This document shows positions 34,706 through 37,875 of a stretch of DNA of 37,875 bases, one piece after another; position 1 is the stretch's first letter, and every line of letters starts with the position of its first letter. A program made the translations under genes and the position numbers. The notes under the pieces are model-generated. The model searched no databases, was not told the origin of the DNA, and saw only the letters and a list, made by a program, of their open reading frames with translations. Location of the stretch: IMG/VR virus record IMGVR_UViG_3300020045_001674, positions 1-37,875 of that record. The stretch is one strand, 5' to 3'. Source of the DNA: a virus. Its lineage: Duplodnaviria; Caudoviricetes.

Positions 34706-35179
34706 ATGGAAAATATAAAAACAGCAGGACAAAAGATTATTGATATAGCTTACAAAGAAGTAGGATATACAGAGTTTCCAGCAAACAGCAATAAAACAAA
34801 GTACGGTGAATGGTTTGGTTTCGATGGCGTGGCGTGGTGTGCTATGTTTGTAAGCTGGTGTTACCATCATGCAGGTTTTCCACTTGGTAATATTGGCTTT
34901 TTAAAAGGTTTTGCAGGGTGTCAAACGGGGTATGTTCACTGGCTTAAAACAGGAGAGATAACAACAGACCCACGTAAGGGAGATATATTCCTGGCAGATT
35001 GGAACGGTGATAAACGATACGACCATACAGGTATATTTATGCACGATTTAGGCGATGGAATGTTTGAAAGTATAGAAGGAAATACAAGTGCCACAAATCA
35101 AAGCAATGGCGGTCAAGTGCAAGTAAGGACAAGAAAGTATTCACAATGTATATTTATACACCCTCGAATCTTAGATTAA
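34706..35179 (+). CDS. CHAP-domain endolysin
   Basis: AWCAMFVSW (catalytic Cys), DHTGI (His), SIEGNT. Confidence 0.9.
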   Translation: MENIKTAGQKIIDIAYKEVGYTEFPANSNKTKYGEWFGFDGVAWCAMFVSWCYHHAGFPLGNIGFLKGFAGCQTGYVHWLKTGEITTDPRKGDIFLADWNGDKRYDHTGIFMHDLGDGMFESIEGNTSATNQSNGGQVQVRTRKYSQCIFIHPRILD

Positions 35180-35180
35180 T

Positions 35181-35324
35181 ATGCTACTAATAATAACAAT
35201 CTTATCCGTAATCTTTGGCGTATCGCTGGGATTAAATGGCTACCCTAAAGAGGGGTTTATCATTACTGTCTTAGGCGTGGTTTTGTTCTACGCTTACGAA
35301 CCAATTAAAAAACTATTCAAATGA
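35181..35324 (+). CDS. 47-aa two-TM membrane protein (absent from the ORF track)
   Basis: MLLIITILSVIFGVSLGLNGYPKEGFIITVLGVVLFYAYEPIKKLFK*; ATGA-coupled to the next gene. Confidence 0.6.
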   Translation: MLLIITILSVIFGVSLGLNGYPKEGFIITVLGVVLFYAYEPIKKLFK

Positions 35325-35680
35325 TAATCTGGATAAGTTTAGTTTTGATGGTTGTTTCGTTTTCCGCTAAGTGGATAATGGATACTTTGCAATTTCATTT
35401 TGAAAATAGCAAGTATTCTAAATTTAAAAATCAACAATTTTGGAATCCGAAATTAAGCTGGGAAAACAAGTACAAGGAGGGGAGCAAATTAAAGAAACTA
35501 TTGTTAAAAACTACTTTAGTTTTCGCCACGGACGCATGGCATTTATTTCAGTTCATTCACTTGAATAGCTACATGGCTGTTATTGCTTTGAATATTGGAA
35601 GCGATTGGGTGAGTAGAATAATAGTGTTTGCTGTGCTAAGAACTATTTACAGCGTAACGGGTTTAATCTTTTACAGATGA
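35321..35680 (+). CDS. Membrane protein
   Basis: FWNPKLSWENKY and TDAWHLF motifs; hydrophobic segments. Confidence 0.7.
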   Translation: MIIWISLVLMVVSFSAKWIMDTLQFHFENSKYSKFKNQQFWNPKLSWENKYKEGSKLKKLLLKTTLVFATDAWHLFQFIHLNSYMAVIALNIGSDWVSRIIVFAVLRTIYSVTGLIFYR

Positions 35681-36249
35681 AAAAAATAATATTTCTCTTA
35701 CTATTAATTTCCCTCTATGGTTGTGGACTTCAAAGGCGTACCTACTGCGAACGCAAAGCGCAAAAGGTGGCAAGGATTCTTAAAGACTGCCCGAATATTA
35801 TTGATACCACTACTATTTTTGATACAGTTTATATTCGTGATACTTTGCGTGTTACTATTGATAATGAAATTGACAGTTCAGGCATTGATAGTTTACTTGC
35901 TATCTATTGCCACTCCATTAATTCAAAAGATACGGCTAAACAAAGTAGTAAAAGTGAAGTTATAAGACAGTATATTTTCAAAGAATGCGAAAAGATAAAC
36001 GATGGTACTTATCACCTACAGGACCAGAATAAGGACACGGTAACAGTTGTATTAAAGGGGCGGACAATTTCCGTATTCCAGAATCGCAGCGTTGTGACGG
36101 TGACTAAAACACTCGCCGTGCCGTGTCCTAGTTGCGATAAAACTATCTGGCAAAAGGTAAAGGAGGACGGTTTAATGTGGATAATCATTTTCTTTGCTGG
36201 ATTCTTGTGTAATCCTATTGTGAGGATAATTCGAAAGGTGTTTATTTAA
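35677..36249 (+). CDS. Lipoprotein with C-terminal TM, probable unimolecular spanin
   Basis: Lipobox MKKIIFLLLLISLYG|C; C-terminal TM LMWIIIFFAGFL followed by a basic tail; last gene of the lysis cassette. Confidence 0.65.
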   Translation: MKKIIFLLLLISLYGCGLQRRTYCERKAQKVARILKDCPNIIDTTTIFDTVYIRDTLRVTIDNEIDSSGIDSLLAIYCHSINSKDTAKQSSKSEVIRQYIFKECEKINDGTYHLQDQNKDTVTVVLKGRTISVFQNRSVVTVTKTLAVPCPSCDKTIWQKVKEDGLMWIIIFFAGFLCNPIVRIIRKVFI

Positions 36250-36369
36250 TCGCTTTACAACCATGTCAAGGGCTATCCCTAATCTAGTCGGGCATACTTG
36301 CGGTATTTCCGAACCCCTTCGCCATTTTTGGTGAATCTCTAAAATATCAACAGCTTCTTTTAAAGTCAT
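36172..36369 (-). CDS. Small hypothetical protein
   Basis: MTLKEAVDILEIHQKWRRG; coupled to the upstream gene; 3' end overlaps the spanin gene. Confidence 0.6.
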   Translation of the reverse strand: MTLKEAVDILEIHQKWRRGSEIPQVCPTRLGIALDMVVKRLNKHLSNYPHNRITQESSKENDYPH

Positions 36370-36680
36370 TTCTTTACCTCCTTTATCTTTTTATTTTCTT
36401 CTAAAATCAGTGCTATAAAGTACAATGCATTGGTGTAATCATTAGGAACTATTCGTATTACCTTCCAACCTAGAGCGGTAGCGGTGTTGTATTTCTCCAT
36501 GTCTTTAACGAATCCTGAGCCCCTTGTATGCCTTCCTTTACTCCAAACACCACCCTCAATTTCGATGGCTATACGATGCTCTAAAATGCACCAATCGAAA
36601 CGCCATTTACGCTTATCGTGGAATTTATACTCTGGTATGGCAGTTAAGCCAAAAGAGGCTTTTAAGATTTTGTCAAGCAT
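36366..36680 (-). CDS. PD-(D/E)XK / Vsr-like small endonuclease
   Basis: EYKFH..RKWRFD......AIEIEGG.W..GRH......DMEKYN.A...GW. Confidence 0.85.
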   Translation of the reverse strand: MLDKILKASFGLTAIPEYKFHDKRKWRFDWCILEHRIAIEIEGGVWSKGRHTRGSGFVKDMEKYNTATALGWKVIRIVPNDYTNALYFIALILEENKKIKEVKK

Positions 36681-37071
36681 TGTAGTTTAGCTCCTCTCCT
36701 GTAAGGCAATAAAAAAGATTCTGAACTTGATGTACAAATTTAACTTCTGCCATCATGTAATATTTAGATTCTCTTTCCAATACGTGCCAAGCTGTATATT
36801 TGTAAGGAGCGCAATTTATAGAAATACTTAAGGCGTAATCTTCATTGGTTTTTATTTCAGGCTCTCCATTGTCGTTAAGATAGAAGCCCAACTTTAACAG
36901 CCATTCTTCTGTGAGGGGTATACTTGATGCAGATTCATAGTCAATAAATAAATCCTCTAATTCATTATCAATGTCTATTCTGACAGTCGATTTATTTATA
37001 TTTGTAACAACAGCAATATAGTCATTATATTGAATCATGTTATTAACTCTAATTTCATTTGCTTTTATCAT
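36673..37071 (-). CDS. Conserved-looking phage hypothetical protein
   Basis: ANEIRVNN..IPLTEEWLLKLGF..FVHQVQNLFYCLTGEEL. Confidence 0.75.
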   Translation of the reverse strand: MIKANEIRVNNMIQYNDYIAVVTNINKSTVRIDIDNELEDLFIDYESASSIPLTEEWLLKLGFYLNDNGEPEIKTNEDYALSISINCAPYKYTAWHVLERESKYYMMAEVKFVHQVQNLFYCLTGEELNYNA

Positions 37072-37101
37072 AGTTCTTTAGTTTAGTTTGTATAGATTAT
37101 T

Positions 37102-37380
37102 TTAGGATGGATTTTGTTCTTTCATTATTCTAAAGTAGAAATAACAAGCCTCTATTATTGCCTGTTTATCCTGCCAATTTTTTACACCGTCATCTTCTAA
37201 GATTGCATCAATGTCGTTGGGGTTTGAATGTCTCAAATAACCATCGTTTGAATCGTCATTTAATATTCTAGTGAAAACCTTTTCATAAGAAATATCGAAC
37301 TTACTTCTTGTCCTTGCATGGGAGTTTTCAGCTCCTATTGCATCTATCTCTTTTCTTGATTGTGTAGTTATCTTATTCAT
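37102..37380 (-). CDS. Hypothetical protein
   Basis: 92-aa ORF with A-rich upstream region. Confidence 0.6.
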   Translation of the reverse strand: MNKITTQSRKEIDAIGAENSHARTRSKFDISYEKVFTRILNDDSNDGYLRHSNPNDIDAILEDDGVKNWQDKQAIIEACYFYFRIMKEQNPS

Positions 37381-37406
37381 ATGCTTAATGTTTAACTTTG
37401 TGATTT

Positions 37407-37477
37407 GGCATAACTATCCCTGTATTTCGTTCATAAAATCAGTTAAGAAATTATGCGAAACAAGGGATAGTTATGCC
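37407..37477. repeat. Long inverted repeat / hairpin
   Basis: GGCATAACTATCCCT 37407-37421 and AGGGATAGTTATGCC 37463-37477 form a perfect 15-bp stem, extended imperfectly inward. Confidence 0.85.
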
Positions 37478-37659
37478 TGAAATGCTTGAACGTCTCAACC
37501 CCTTTCATTGGCAAATAGATAAGGCTTCACTTTCTATTCTTGACAGTATAAGGCCATTGTAGCAACCTCCTAACTCCGTACCGTCTTTCACTATCGGATG
37601 TGTCCGTGTTCCCTTCTTGACACCTAAAAAGCTAAATCCCGAAGCGTTATTTCACCCGC

Positions 37660-37799
37660 AAAGAAAAAGCCCTGCAATCTTTTGAGAAGGGGACAGGGCT
37701 TTATAAACTAAACCTTATTTTTGATGCTTTGATAACCTCCCCTTCTCACAGATTGATTATATACTGCAATACTACGGAAATATTTTTGAATTGTTGCAA
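37660..37799 (-). promoter_or_regulatory. Leftward promoter with terminator/antiterminator leader
   Basis: On the minus strand TTGC...TAGTATTG (37767-37774); 37738-37755 pairs with 37675-37693; AAAGCCCTG/CAGGGCTTT followed by a U-rich run. Confidence 0.65.
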
Positions 37800-37831
37800 G
37801 GAAAGGAGAAATATTTTTTTATTTAATTTAG

Positions 37832-37862
37832 TTTGTTTTTATCGAATAGTTGTTTAGCTTTG
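37832..37862 (+). promoter_or_regulatory. Rightward Bacteroidota promoter, divergent from the leftward one
   Basis: TTTG 37832-37835, 19-nt spacer, TAGCTTTG 37855-37862. Confidence 0.65.
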
Positions 37863-37875
37863 TGAAAACTATCTG

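Noticed and set aside
35717-35965. Hydrophobic 82-aa ORF nested in the spanin gene (possible embedded spanin partner)
   Set aside because: No lipobox; alternative frames of AT-rich genes are often hydrophobic; the host gene already has u-spanin topology.
36172-36249. 78-nt convergent 3' overlap as a regulatory antisense system
   Set aside because: More simply explained as a chance C-terminal extension at a compact convergent junction.
984-36690. Many short antisense or nested ORFs in the track (e.g. 2153-2398, 13960-14301, 16329-17716, 27640-28107, 32452-33042)
   Set aside because: Shadows of well-supported genes, with no motifs or start context.
1-37875. Stop-codon recoding, tRNA genes, integrase/att sites
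   Set aside because: Genes are full length under the standard code and end in TAA, TAG and TGA; no cloverleaf or integrase recognised by eye, though these may lie outside the window.

Overview
An AT-rich, gene-dense tailed-phage (probably siphovirus) segment. The host is very likely Bacteroidota: it has TTTG-N19/20-TAnnTTTG promoters, A-rich starts without Shine-Dalgarno sequences, and SprB-repeat and PorT-like proteins. On the + strand, in order: the tail end of an HNH gene; a small-ORF/IbrA (PAPS-reductase-like)/IbrB (ParB/Srx)/PD-(D/E)XK module; a Bro-N antirepressor; replication-type and small early genes; a NUMOD4-HNH endonuclease; an HTH + 2 glycosyltransferase-like + 2 methyltransferase operon leading into terS/terL; a tail module (frameshifting chaperone, tape measure, tail tip, major tail) placed BEFORE the head module (third glycosyltransferase, portal, minor head, scaffold, major capsid); neck and tail-fibre genes; and a lysis cassette (holin, CHAP endolysin, probable u-spanin). 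An antisense outer-membrane beta-barrel gene sits in the tail module, and a convergent minus-strand operon closes the window. The most notable signals are (i) a putative virion-glycosylation/glycan-methylation gene set, (ii) a repeated compact pseudoknot motif in the leaders of the major capsid and major tail genes, (iii) three sequence-unrelated but structurally equivalent promoter-proximal RNA switch leaders, and (iv) the ibrAB module. No integrase, repressor, tRNA, CRISPR array or reverse transcriptase was seen. All calls come from reading motifs by eye, without database searches.
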